Below, piece after piece: positions 11,055 to 20,729 of a stretch of DNA of 64,000 bases. Below the pieces are notes generated by a model. The model saw nothing but the letters and a program-made list of their open reading frames with translations, searched no databases and was not told the origin of the DNA. The stretch's first letter is position 1. The number at the start of each line of letters is the position of its first letter. Location of the stretch: the IMG/VR virus record IMGVR_UViG_2565956721_000002; one strand, written 5' to 3'. Source of the stretch: a virus (lineage: Duplodnaviria; Heunggongvirae; Uroviricota; Caudoviricetes). The position numbers and the translations under genes were made by a program.

Positions 11055-11531
11055 TCATTTGCCTCGTTTAATACATCCATCCATTTTGGCTTGTTGATAC
11101 AACTTACTTAGCCCAGAAAGAGGGAATGTAGCAATTTTTTCATTATCAACATAAGCATCAATCATATTAGCATTTGAATCTGCTGCATCTTGCCAAAAGG
11201 CATACCACCAAGAATCTCCAACCATTGATCCAAGATTTCTAAAAGGATATTGATCACCATCTATAGTTAATACTATTTTATTCTTGTCAGCATTATACTC
11301 TTTTTTATTATTCGACGAACTTAGCAACAAGCCTAAACTACCTGCACTATCTGGTGAACCATACATGAATCCCATATCACATAAAAAACTTATCTTATCA
11401 CCATTATGATTATGGATTGTATATTCTCTCCCCCCTCTCTCTTCAATTACATTCCATTGTAGAGGATCAATTTTTGCAAATGTTCCTGCTGAAACTAACG
11501 ATACAAATAATAAAAACCATCTCATATTCAT
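11055..11531 (-). CDS. secreted protein with signal peptide (158 aa)
   Basis: N-terminus MNMRWFLLFVSLVSAGTFA is a typical Sec signal peptide; AT-rich. Confidence 0.45.
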   Translation of the reverse strand: MNMRWFLLFVSLVSAGTFAKIDPLQWNVIEERGGREYTIHNHNGDKISFLCDMGFMYGSPDSAGSLGLLLSSSNNKKEYNADKNKIVLTIDGDQYPFRNLGSMVGDSWWYAFWQDAADSNANMIDAYVDNEKIATFPLSGLSKLYQQAKMDGCIKRGK

Positions 11532-11553
11532 TCTTTTCGCTTCTTATCTGTAA

Positions 11554-11904
11554 TTATTCTGCAATATCATTTGCCCATTGCACGGCAGCAAAATGAGTAC
11601 CCAAACCACTCAGGAAAGCAATTACCCCCAAAACAATACTTGCTGCTGTTGATTCAAACAAAGTACCAATACTATAGCCAATAGCTCCCCATACTAAGCT
11701 AAATACAATCATCAATGGTATTGCTAGAAATTTTATTCTTAAACTAAAAATCAGTCCAAGAAAAGAACCGCCAAAGGCCCACCATGATTTAGACATTAAA
11801 CCTATCAGTATTGACAGAATTCCTATTTCAATAAAGAGAATATTAGATTGCTCTTCATTGAATTTCGCATTTGTTACACCTTTACGAACATGTTCAGATG
11901 ACAT
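11554..11904 (-). CDS. small integral membrane protein (116 aa)
   Basis: Three predicted hydrophobic helices; first gene of the AT-rich cassette. Confidence 0.4.
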   Translation of the reverse strand: MSSEHVRKGVTNAKFNEEQSNILFIEIGILSILIGLMSKSWWAFGGSFLGLIFSLRIKFLAIPLMIVFSLVWGAIGYSIGTLFESTAASIVLGVIAFLSGLGTHFAAVQWANDIAE

Positions 11905-12193
11905 GATTAACTATCTCCTGCCACAGATAAAACGCCTTAAAATAACATTTTGTAGCATAAAGTTTCACCATGCAATGGTCAAAATCTTTGACCCATATCA
12001 ATTAAACTCATACATTTTAGTTACCAGAGAAATAATTTACATGGTTGCAAGTTGCTCTAATTATTTTATTTTTTTAGCTTCATATGCTACATTAACTTGC
12101 TTGCGTGCTAATGCATTTTCGGTTTATCCTAAACAGGCATCTTAGTAAAACGGATGCCGGGATTGGAACCCCGGATAATGCAAAAGGCGACAT

Positions 12194-12217
12194 AGACGCC
12201 AAAAGCGTCTTTTTTTG
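12194..12217 (+). terminator. intrinsic terminator-like hairpin plus T-run
   Basis: agacgc-caaaa-gcgtct followed by ttttttt. Confidence 0.5.
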
Positions 12218-12269
12218 TGTCATGCCATCGCACAACCATACGTAGCACATAGCTCCGAGATCAATGGTA

Positions 12270-12360
12270 GTGCTGGCTGGGCTGCCGAAAGGCAGGCCGG
12301 TTCCCTTTTGCGCCGGTAGTTCCAACCCAGTCAGTGCTACCGCCATTGAGATTGGAACCT
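12270..12360 (+). ncRNA. c4: candidate c4 antisense immunity RNA (structured RNA upstream of icd)
   Basis: Non-coding stretch just 5' of icd with a 9-bp outer stem (ctggctggg/cccagtcag) and internal hairpin (ctgcc-gaaa-ggcag); position matches P1 immI; boundaries approximate. Confidence 0.35.
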
Positions 12361-12401
12361 CACGCGGTAGCTCCTTAAATTAGCAAAAGGAGGCTGCCAT
12401 T

Positions 12402-12623
12402 GTGGCTACTATCCCTACCCCTACTCATCCTGAATTTATCTGGCGCTTTTACTCCTGCCAAAAACACCACTATCACTTCGTTATCGCAGCAACAGAAGAC
12501 GAAGCACGCTCTCAATTGCCTGATGGCCCCTGCATTTTTACTGCCCGTTTTTCAACTAACTCGCGCAATTCACTTAGTTACTGGAGCCTCCCCTTCTCTG
12601 CCGACGTTCAGGGGGGTTTATGA
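12402..12623 (+). CDS. icd: Icd cell-division interference protein (73 aa, GTG start)
   Basis: 73-aa ORF whose end overlaps ant start, RBS aaaggagg upstream; matches P1 immI layout. Confidence 0.7.
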   Translation: MATIPTPTHPEFIWRFYSCQKHHYHFVIAATEDEARSQLPDGPCIFTARFSTNSRNSLSYWSLPFSADVQGGL

Positions 12624-14029
12624 AAACACCTCTCGTCACCCGTAATGAAATAGCCGAAGCGATCGCCTTGCATACTGCCTGTATGCCGACACGGGAGATC
12701 CCCGGCGCAATTGCTAACTATTTCATGATAACCAGACGTTTTTATACCCGAACAGATAAGGCTGTGATCAACAGGCTACTGATAGCCGAGATCAGGGATT
12801 ATTTGATTGAACAAGGACGTCTACGTTACGCAACAGTGGCAGCAGAAATGAGAAAGGAGGCACATAGAATGACCGGTAATAATTTAAATGTTGAAAAAAC
12901 AGCACCTGTTGCTTCAGCTACGCCATCACCAGCTGTGAATGTTATCTCCAACACTGGAGACACAATCGACAGCCAGACACTGTTAAAGATGGTCAATGAA
13001 GCGCGTAAGTTATGTGGGGAACCAGAGGTTCGGAACAACAAATTCATCGAAAAAATACTCGACGAATTAGAAGGTGAGGACGGTTACACAAAAAGTGCAA
13101 CCGTGCCGCCAGGTGGCGGTACGCCTATGGTTGTCATAACCATGACCTACAAACAAGCCCTGCGAGTTGCCGCGCGCGAGTCAAAAGCGGTCCGCCGTTC
13201 GCTACATACCATGATTCAGGCATTGGAACCTATAAATGTTGAAAATCATCCTGATGAAATTCCCGTTCTGGAATGGCAGGGAGTACGCGTCGTGACAACC
13301 GAGACTCTTGCTAGAGGGTATGGCACTACACCTACTCGTATTCAGCAGAACTACAATCGCAATGAAGAACGATTTGTAGAGGGTAAACACTTCTTTAAAA
13401 TCAAAGGAGATGAGATAAAAAGTTTGCGACTATCTTTTAGCGAGTTGCAAATTTCCCCCAAGACCAGATCCTTAATACTCTGGACCGAACGCGGAGCGGC
13501 ACGCATGTCTAAGATCGTAGACACAGAGCAAGCGTGGGCATTCTTTGAAAAACTGGAAGACAGCTACTTCCGGCAAAAAGAACAGCAACCGGTCGCAATC
13601 CCCCAGACGCTTCCCGAAGCTCTGCGCCTGGCTGCCGAGCTGGCTGAACAAAAGCAGCTACTGGAACAGAAAACCCACCAGCTAAATCAACAGCTGGTGG
13701 CCGCAGCCCCTAAAGTCGATTTTGCCGACCGGGTATCAGCGGCTAATGGAATCCTGATCGGGAACTTTGCAAAGGTCGTTGGACTTAAGCAAAACGCCCT
13801 TTTCTCATGGTTGCGCCAGAACGGCATTCTCATGGCTTTTGGTGCGCGCAAAAACGTACCGCGCCAGCAGTACATTAACGCCGGGTATTTCACGGTGAAA
13901 GAAGTGGTGCTGGATGATGAAAATGGCTACCAGATACGGCTGACGCCCCAATTAACGGGTAAAGGCCAGCAGTGGTTAACTCGCAAGCTACTTGATGCTG
14001 GTTTGTTAAAACCAGTAGCAATAGGTTAA
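12620..14029 (+). CDS. ant: antirepressor Ant (469 aa)
   Basis: Follows icd with overlap; C-terminal region (IPQTLPEALRLAAELAEQKQ...KGQQWL) shared with downstream KilA, typical antirepressor C-domain. Confidence 0.8.
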   Translation: MKTPLVTRNEIAEAIALHTACMPTREIPGAIANYFMITRRFYTRTDKAVINRLLIAEIRDYLIEQGRLRYATVAAEMRKEAHRMTGNNLNVEKTAPVASATPSPAVNVISNTGDTIDSQTLLKMVNEARKLCGEPEVRNNKFIEKILDELEGEDGYTKSATVPPGGGTPMVVITMTYKQALRVAARESKAVRRSLHTMIQALEPINVENHPDEIPVLEWQGVRVVTTETLARGYGTTPTRIQQNYNRNEERFVEGKHFFKIKGDEIKSLRLSFSELQISPKTRSLILWTERGAARMSKIVDTEQAWAFFEKLEDSYFRQKEQQPVAIPQTLPEALRLAAELAEQKQLLEQKTHQLNQQLVAAAPKVDFADRVSAANGILIGNFAKVVGLKQNALFSWLRQNGILMAFGARKNVPRQQYINAGYFTVKEVVLDDENGYQIRLTPQLTGKGQQWLTRKLLDAGLLKPVAIG

Positions 14030-14042
14030 CAAAAGAAAAAAA

Positions 14043-14067
14043 CCTGCCAGCAAACTGGCAGGTTTCT
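14043..14067 (+). terminator. intrinsic terminator after ant (bidirectional-looking)
   Basis: cctgccag-caaa-ctggcagg flanked by A-run and tttct. Confidence 0.55.
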
Positions 14068-14107
14068 GAGCAGATCGTCCAACCCGATCTGGATCGAGCC
14101 AGAAAAA

Positions 14108-14124
14108 TTTGCTCTAATAAATTT
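14108..14124 (+). promoter_or_regulatory. C1 repressor operator
   Basis: tttgctctaataaattt versus P1 consensus ATTGCTCTAATAAATTT; upstream of kilA-repL. Confidence 0.7.
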
Positions 14125-14194
14125 CGTTTTCTAAGTGCAAAGAATCACCATTTCGAGCTGGTGATTGAAGGTTGATGCAAATTTGGAGAAAAAA

Positions 14195-14995
14195 ATGCAA
14201 CAAACATTCAATGCGGATATGAATATATCAAACCTTCATCAAAATGTCGATCCTTCAACCACTCTGCCCGTTATTTGTGGTGTTGAAATTACGACCGACC
14301 GCGCTGGCCGTTACAACCTTAATGCTCTACACAGAGCGAGCGGACTCGGTGCCCATAAAGCGCCAGCTCAATGGCTAAGAACGCTGTCAGCTAAACAGCT
14401 CATCGAAGAGCTTGAAAAAGAAACTATGCAGAATTGCATAGTTTCGTTCGAAGGCCGTGGCGGCGGCACTTTTGCCCATGAATTGCTCGCTGTGGAGTAC
14501 GCAGGCTGGATTTCTCCCGCGTTTCGGCTGAAGGTAAACCAGACATTTATCGACTATCGAACCGGAAGATTACAACCTGCTATTCCGCAGAGTCTCCCTG
14601 AAGCTCTCCGTTTGGCTGCCGACCTGGCAGAGCAAAAGCAACGGCTGGAGCAAAAAATGCTTATGGATGCACCTAAAGTCGAATTCGCTGAACGCGTTGC
14701 TACCGCCAGCGGGGTTCTAATCGGCAACTATGCCAAAGTGCTCGGCCTGGGCCAAAACTATCTCTTCACCTGGTTGCGTGATAACGGAATTCTGATCGCA
14801 ACCGGTGAACGCAGGAACGTCCCCAAACAAGAATACATATCCCGTGGGTATTTCACCCTTAAAGAAACCGTGATCGATACAAGCAATGGAAGCAGGATTT
14901 CTTTCACGACTCGTATAACCGGCAAAGGTCAGCAGTGGCTGATGAAGCGATTGCTTGATGCTGGTGTGCTGGTACCTGTCGCGGCAACGCGCTAA
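14195..14995 (+). CDS. kilA: KilA (KilA-N domain plus antirepressor-like C-domain), 266 aa from second Met
   Basis: Position between C1 operator and repL; C-terminal domain paralogous to Ant; ORF track start is 14165. Confidence 0.7.
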   Translation: MQQTFNADMNISNLHQNVDPSTTLPVICGVEITTDRAGRYNLNALHRASGLGAHKAPAQWLRTLSAKQLIEELEKETMQNCIVSFEGRGGGTFAHELLAVEYAGWISPAFRLKVNQTFIDYRTGRLQPAIPQSLPEALRLAADLAEQKQRLEQKMLMDAPKVEFAERVATASGVLIGNYAKVLGLGQNYLFTWLRDNGILIATGERRNVPKQEYISRGYFTLKETVIDTSNGSRISFTTRITGKGQQWLMKRLLDAGVLVPVAATR

Positions 14996-15024
14996 CAGAC
15001 GTAGTAAGAACCACCAGCATTGTA

Positions 15025-15870
15025 ATGCTGGCTAAAGTCACTTTCCTGAGCTGTATAACGATGAGCGATTTTACTTTTTCTGGCTATGAATTGGCCTGCT
15101 TTGTAACACACTCCGGTCTATCCCGTAGCGCCGGGCATATCCTGTCGCAATGTGCAAATCTCGCGGCAACAACCAGTGAATACTTCATTCACAAGCCTCA
15201 CCGCCTGATCGCGGCAGAAACTGGTTATAGCCAATCAACCGTCGTTCGTGCATTCCGTGAAGCTGTAAACAAAGGAATCCTGTCTGTAGAGATTGTTATC
15301 GGCGATCACCGTGAACGTCGCGCTAACCTGTACCGGTTTACACCATCCTTTTTGGCCTTCGCACAACAAGCCAAAAATGCGCTGATTGAAAGCAAATTAA
15401 AGATCTCTTCAGCGGCAACCAAGGTTAAAGCTGTTCTCGCTAAGACATTGGCTTTATTTAATTTTTTATCCACACCCCCATGTCAAAATGATACCCCCTC
15501 CCCCTGTCAGGATGACGTGGCAATAAAGAATAAGAAGTCACAAGTTAAAAAAACAAAAAGATCAGTTTCCGGCGGTGCCGGAACGAGCAGACTCAAAAAA
15601 TTGACTTCATGGATCGCTGAGACAAAAGCAAAGGCTGACAATCTGCGGTTATCCAAAAAACGCGCACAAAAACATGAGTTCAAGCAGAAAGTAGAGGCGG
15701 CAGCGCGGAAATATGCTTACCTGAAGAACAAGCGTTCTCCTGATATTGGCGGGGTATCAAACTTCGATAATTTGCCGCATTGCATGACGGTAAACGAAGC
15801 TCTTAATGCGGTTTTAGCCAAAAATAAAGATAACGAAAAATGGGGTATACCGGCAGGATTCAGAGGGTGA
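15025..15870 (+). CDS. repL: lytic replication initiator RepL (281 aa); oriL expected inside gene
   Basis: 281-aa protein recognised as P1 RepL from memory; downstream of kilA under C1 operator. Confidence 0.8.
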   Translation: MLAKVTFLSCITMSDFTFSGYELACFVTHSGLSRSAGHILSQCANLAATTSEYFIHKPHRLIAAETGYSQSTVVRAFREAVNKGILSVEIVIGDHRERRANLYRFTPSFLAFAQQAKNALIESKLKISSAATKVKAVLAKTLALFNFLSTPPCQNDTPSPCQDDVAIKNKKSQVKKTKRSVSGGAGTSRLKKLTSWIAETKAKADNLRLSKKRAQKHEFKQKVEAAARKYAYLKNKRSPDIGGVSNFDNLPHCMTVNEALNAVLAKNKDNEKWGIPAGFRG

Positions 15871-15920
15871 TAGATTGCTCTAATCTGGAGTCACCTGGCG
15901 TTTTCAGTTTGAGGTCGGAG

Positions 15921-16166
15921 ATGCAATCTGATTTTTTACAGTTAGCGATCGCTTTTGCAGGATATGTTTGTATTGGCTTCTGTGTATACATGATCAGCCG
16001 AAAAATGCTTGTCGATATCGACCGCAAAGAACGAGCAGAGGAGATCTTAGTATGGATTTTCTTTGGCGCGGTCTGGCCATTAGGGATCATGTTTGCTGCA
16101 ACATTTCTTCTGATGTGGATATTCACCCTTCCAGGTGATTTCTATAGAAAAAAAGCCAGACATTGA
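15921..16166 (+). CDS. small membrane protein (81 aa from internal Met)
   Basis: Two hydrophobic helices; ORF track start 15840 overlaps repL. Confidence 0.3.
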   Translation: MQSDFLQLAIAFAGYVCIGFCVYMISRKMLVDIDRKERAEEILVWIFFGAVWPLGIMFAATFLLMWIFTLPGDFYRKKARH

Positions 16167-16348
16167 TACAATCGCTGCGGGTGCTTGAGGCTATCTGCTT
16201 CAGGCATTACCCGACAAGCAGATAGAAGAAAGCCCCAGATAAAATTACGCGTCCTGCAAGACGCTTAACATTAATCTGAGGCCATATCTATGCTTAGCAT
16301 ACGTAGATTAGCCCTCTCCCCTTTTTAGGAGCAAGGAATTTTTTACTG

Positions 16349-16981
16349 CTATGCCGCCTTTCCAATTATGGATTCAGCGACCAGAACAACCCCATGCTTA
16401 CTTCGATCTGGGTGTTCACTCCATATCTCGGATTCAGGAATACTTACCCCGTCATAGCAAACACGTTCGCCGTCAAACGGGTAATACTGAGCGGCATCGG
16501 TGTCGAGGATAAACACTTTTAGCTCGGAAGAGCGACGGGCGATGTGTTGCCAAAGAGCTTTTCCACCTTCGTATTGCTCATTATCACTGAGCAAAACAAC
16601 ACCAGCTTTTGAGGCTACGGTTTCGTAAACAAAAGTAGCTAAACCGACATCCCGGACGGTTCCATCAACCACGATACCTTCAATCTGGGCAACATCGCTA
16701 TCCTCCCAGAACTTCCTTACCAGTACGCCTTCAAGCTGCGGGCGACGTTGAAGTTCAAGAGTAGCGACAACCTTATGGCGCATATCACCATCGATAACAG
16801 AAGGCGCAGCCTCTATTACAGCTGCAAATGGGGTTTTGGAATCCCATATAACCTGGTAAAGCACACCCTGGATGGTAACTCCGTCCAGGATCGAAAATCG
16901 ACGAGCGACAGTACCCGGGGAGTACGACATTGGAATCACAGCCATTTTAGAGTCCCCCTTTAACAGTACAGGCACAAACAT
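16349..16981 (-). CDS. hypothetical protein (210 aa)
   Basis: ORF with AT-rich upstream region. Confidence 0.4.
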   Translation of the reverse strand: MFVPVLLKGDSKMAVIPMSYSPGTVARRFSILDGVTIQGVLYQVIWDSKTPFAAVIEAAPSVIDGDMRHKVVATLELQRRPQLEGVLVRKFWEDSDVAQIEGIVVDGTVRDVGLATFVYETVASKAGVVLLSDNEQYEGGKALWQHIARRSSELKVFILDTDAAQYYPFDGERVCYDGVSIPESEIWSEHPDRSKHGVVLVAESIIGKAA

Positions 16982-17073
16982 CTACCTCAATAATTGTAGT
17001 TTATTAGAACATTAATAATCTAACATAAAACTCAAGACAATGTTATCGATGCATTCTTATATAAAATAGTTAT

Positions 17074-17100
17074 AAAAAAAGCTCCCGAAGGAGCTTTAAA
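17074..17100 (-). terminator. intrinsic terminator (bidirectional)
   Basis: gctcc-cgaa-ggagc flanked by aaaaaaa and tttaaaa, just downstream of the 169-aa gene. Confidence 0.6.
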
Positions 17101-17116
17101 ATACAAGGGATGACTC

Positions 17117-17626
17117 TTAATCCCACTCAATCCAGTTGTAGACGATACGAAGTGACGGGCGCACAGCGGCAGTCACATCTTCGGTACTAAAGTCGATTGC
17201 ATCACTGTAGATTTTGCAGTCCAACATTTCAATTGTTGTAGCAGCTTTTGTCACAGCGTTAACCCCGGAAGATTTGGATTCAGGGGTAGCAGCCATCGTG
17301 ATATCAACATAGTCCTTCGCCGCAATGCGATCCTTGATGAACTGAAGAATATCGCCTTCGATAGTCTCCACGCACTGGACCTGGATTTCCCCAGAGTTTC
17401 GAATTGGTCCGTGCTGGTTGAACTTCACACCATTCGGACCATAGTCCTCCACATCCTCGCGTGTCATTTCAGGGATTTGCGACGTGCGAACCAGTACGCT
17501 GATATCTTCATGGCCTGCAAAAGTGAGCTGGAATTCAGAAGATACCAGTCGTTCGCCTTTGGCCGCGTTGGCAGTATAGCGGCCCTTAATAAATTTACGG
17601 TTTCCCTTAGTGTTATTGTGCCCCAT
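17117..17626 (-). CDS. tail tube-like structural protein (169 aa)
   Basis: Size and position downstream of sheath gene. Confidence 0.4.
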   Translation of the reverse strand: MGHNNTKGNRKFIKGRYTANAAKGERLVSSEFQLTFAGHEDISVLVRTSQIPEMTREDVEDYGPNGVKFNQHGPIRNSGEIQVQCVETIEGDILQFIKDRIAAKDYVDITMAATPESKSSGVNAVTKAATTIEMLDCKIYSDAIDFSTEDVTAAVRPSLRIVYNWIEWD

Positions 17627-17637
17627 ATAAAATCCTT

Positions 17638-18219
17638 TTACTGGAACGCCCGAACAATATCGGAGCTGTTATATATCGAAGAACCGGTCAACTGGAGGTT
17701 GACGGTGTTTTTCAGGAAATATCCATTACTGTCCCTTGGCGCATCGAGATCAAAACTTAAGTCCTGGATGGCGACATCGGTGATGTTGATCCGGCGACCA
17801 ATGTTTAGCGTCACGCGCTCCGGGATTCGACCACCAACATTGGCCGCTTTTAGTTCCGGGCTAATCATGGCTGTCAACGCGGCGATAGCGCCTGAAACTT
17901 CAATGAATGGATTGTTCAAAGCAATGAAAGTTACAGGCAGCGTGAACGTCGGCGGAGTCCCCCCTTCCCAAACCATTAAGCTATTCCAACGGGCAACCGA
18001 CGTTGTTTCAGTACCTACTTGCACAAAACCACCCAGAGCACCAGAAACAGATCCCATGGACATACCGGTAAACGGCGCTTCCCAATTCTGGGCCATGTTC
18101 ATTGCCGCTCCCTGGCTGATATATCCGGTAACCTGGTACTGAGAGTTCGTTAAAGTAACTTTCAGAAATGGCGATACACCGTCAGCCTGGCTGTAAACCC
18201 CATAAGGTATAGGTGCCAT
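17638..18219 (-). CDS. virion structural protein (193 aa)
   Basis: ORF in sheath/tube block. Confidence 0.35.
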   Translation of the reverse strand: MAPIPYGVYSQADGVSPFLKVTLTNSQYQVTGYISQGAAMNMAQNWEAPFTGMSMGSVSGALGGFVQVGTETTSVARWNSLMVWEGGTPPTFTLPVTFIALNNPFIEVSGAIAALTAMISPELKAANVGGRIPERVTLNIGRRINITDVAIQDLSFDLDAPRDSNGYFLKNTVNLQLTGSSIYNSSDIVRAFQ

Positions 18220-18254
18220 TCAAGTTAAAGGCCGGAGTTCTCCGGCCTCCTCCT

Positions 18255-19070
18255 TTAGCCAAGGCGCTTACGGCGCAGTTTCATTGACTTTTTGCGGGCA
18301 AGTTTTGCCGCGCCGGTCTGGGCTTTTCGACGCGCTTTTTTCAGCGCCGATTTTTGAGCCGCAGTCAGACGTTTTTTACGCAGGCGTTTACGGATGAGTT
18401 TGATCTCACCGTTACGAACAACCTTCTTAAATGCTTCAGTCAGCATTTCATCAGAAGTGCCAGCAACAACAAACGCCGCTTCCAGTTCGTCGCGGTCGTC
18501 GCTATCTAAACCAGCGATAGAGGCACCAACATCAGCAGCAGCGTCGTCGTCTTCATCGTCAGCCAGTGCTTCGATCAGGTCATCATCTACACCGCATGCT
18601 GCGAGGAAGTCAGCAACATTTGCCCATGCTTCGTTATAGGCATCGTCCTGTTCTTCTGTAACTTCGGAGTCGTCGTCATCAGAGATACCAGCGATAGCCT
18701 GAACGAAACCATCAAGGGAGTCGAAAGTCAGATCACCGCTATCAGCCCAGGAGAAAACGGCGTCGGCCGCATCACTCAACGCATTCTGCATAGCACTTCG
18801 ATTTGCAGCTTCCAGAATCATCTGGTGCGCCTGTTCGACGGTCCATTCTTTACCGTCTTTCCCTTCCAGGATTTGCTCTGGAGCCGGGGCAGATGGAACG
18901 TTATCGTTAGTCTGTGCCGCCGGTTCCGGATTATTATTAATAACCGGATCTGTTGGCGGTTCGGCGCTTGCTCGGGCAGACTCCATCAGCTGCACAGGAT
19001 CAGAGTTCAAAGCGAAACGGGACAGTCCATTCCCCAAAAATGCCCCGGATTGAAAAAAGTTTTTGCTCAT
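18255..19070 (-). CDS. highly acidic protein with polybasic C-terminus (271 aa)
   Basis: Runs of D/E (DDDDSEVTEEQDD, ADDEDDDAAAD) followed by KR-rich tail (RKRLRKKRL...RRKRLG). Confidence 0.4.
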   Translation of the reverse strand: MSKNFFQSGAFLGNGLSRFALNSDPVQLMESARASAEPPTDPVINNNPEPAAQTNDNVPSAPAPEQILEGKDGKEWTVEQAHQMILEAANRSAMQNALSDAADAVFSWADSGDLTFDSLDGFVQAIAGISDDDDSEVTEEQDDAYNEAWANVADFLAACGVDDDLIEALADDEDDDAAADVGASIAGLDSDDRDELEAAFVVAGTSDEMLTEAFKKVVRNGEIKLIRKRLRKKRLTAAQKSALKKARRKAQTGAAKLARKKSMKLRRKRLG

Positions 19071-19079
19071 TGTATTCCC

Positions 19080-20669
19080 TTACTTAATAAGCAGCGGTAC
19101 GCCCTGGATACGACGGGCTACGCCAGTCGGGCAGCAGGCCCAGACTACTTCCCATTTATCGAATTCCGCCTGCGTAACTTTCAGCACATACGGTTCTGTA
19201 CCGTCAGCATCGGGATCACGAGGAGCCACCAGAGCGCCGGAGGCGACAAAGCGATCTAAAAGTTTGGTCATCCCTTTAGTCAGGCCAGCCGCAGTAATAC
19301 CGTCCGGGCTATGCTTCATCTGTCGGGCTAACTGGACAAAGAAACGACTGATTGCATTCATCAGGGATGGGACGTGCTGGAAGTGCAGATAGTTATCCTG
19401 CGTGCAGCAAGTTAAAGCATCGTCGATGATCATCTGGCCAGAGGTGCCAACAGATACTTTATTGAGACGGCCCTTGACCATTGCTTCTTCGTCCGGGGTA
19501 TCTTCCGGATACAGCGGTTGAATTGACGCACGAGCAATGACGGCACGTTCTTCACCAGCCGGTGAGTAATGCCAACCGCCGACATCAGAGTTTTTCTTGA
19601 CGCCACGAGCTTTCGCCGCATACGCCGCGCCAGACAGACCGAAGACCACACGGGATTGGGTCCATTTGTCTTTGCAGGAGAACGGGTAGTGATAGACAGA
19701 ACAGCTTACATAATCGGTACCAAGTAAACCGGTACCCTCAACAGCTGTTAGTGCTTCTGCGTACCTTAATGTCGGTTTGACATCAAAGAAGCCATCAATC
19801 AGGCGATCTGCACAGATTTTACCTAATGCGGTGATAGCCGCATTGTCATAGCAGCCCAGGCCAAGAACAGCGGTGTACATGTACGGCGCATTATTCAGCA
19901 CTTTAACCGCACGCAGGTAAGCAGCGGTTGAGATTTTCGACTGATCGCCATTGGTACCGCCAGTGAATGCCACCGATTTTTTATTTGTTACTTTCGCTGT
20001 AGAAATCAGCTCTTCATTAACAACCGCACGCAGATATTTAGAACGGGCTTCCAGAGCCGTAGGCAGATAACACAAGCGGCCCATGTCATCTTTCGCTTCT
20101 TCCGCCAAAGACACAGTGTGTGTCTCCAGGGTCGTTACCACACCGAGCGAAGTCGTCTGGGTCAGTTTTAAGAGGAAGCGTTCATTACCCGCGCTGTCCG
20201 CTGTTGCCGTTTCGATGGTTAACTCACGGGTAGGTGAAATACACGGATCACCATCATCAACGTAGATAGCAAAGGCTTCGCCGCTATCAAGTTCAATTTC
20301 AGAACCGTATGGCAACGCACTGTTAGCCGGTTCGCCTGATTCATCGAACATAATAATCGGGAACTTCGCATCATCCGGAACAGCACGGACAACATAACCA
20401 GACGTTTGCTGAATAGCTTCGTACACATGGCGAATTGGTTCAAACTGTGAGCCGGAAGACGGCTTCAGCGGTTCGCCAAGAACATCTTCGTAATTGGACT
20501 CAGTAACCGCAAGAACAGTAAACGGCTTGCCACGCGCAAATACGCCAATACCAGCCCACAAGCTGCTATTTAATGCAACACCGGTAGATAACGTCGCATC
20601 GGCATTGATCGGGCTAACCGCGACGCCGGATGCATTACCTAATGACTGTTGAATTGAATATTGAGACAT
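19080..20669 (-). CDS. contractile tail sheath protein (529 aa)
   Basis: Size and composition typical of sheath proteins; adjacent to capsid and tube genes. Confidence 0.55.
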   Translation of the reverse strand: MSQYSIQQSLGNASGVAVSPINADATLSTGVALNSSLWAGIGVFARGKPFTVLAVTESNYEDVLGEPLKPSSGSQFEPIRHVYEAIQQTSGYVVRAVPDDAKFPIIMFDESGEPANSALPYGSEIELDSGEAFAIYVDDGDPCISPTRELTIETATADSAGNERFLLKLTQTTSLGVVTTLETHTVSLAEEAKDDMGRLCYLPTALEARSKYLRAVVNEELISTAKVTNKKSVAFTGGTNGDQSKISTAAYLRAVKVLNNAPYMYTAVLGLGCYDNAAITALGKICADRLIDGFFDVKPTLRYAEALTAVEGTGLLGTDYVSCSVYHYPFSCKDKWTQSRVVFGLSGAAYAAKARGVKKNSDVGGWHYSPAGEERAVIARASIQPLYPEDTPDEEAMVKGRLNKVSVGTSGQMIIDDALTCCTQDNYLHFQHVPSLMNAISRFFVQLARQMKHSPDGITAAGLTKGMTKLLDRFVASGALVAPRDPDADGTEPYVLKVTQAEFDKWEVVWACCPTGVARRIQGVPLLIK

Positions 20670-20729
20670 AACTTTCCCTGTTATGCGCCCCGCGCGGGGG
20701 CGCTATGTTAAACGGAGAGCTTCCCCTGA

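Noticed and set aside
11858-12145. ORF 11858..12145 (+), 95 aa
   Set aside because: AT-rich, overlaps the 5' end of the 116-aa membrane gene on the other strand, no RBS; region more likely promoter or sRNA.
12400-12645. ORF 12400..12645 (+), 81 aa, alternative frame to icd
   Set aside because: The 73-aa frame 12402..12623 has the RBS and the stop/start overlap with ant, so it was preferred as icd.
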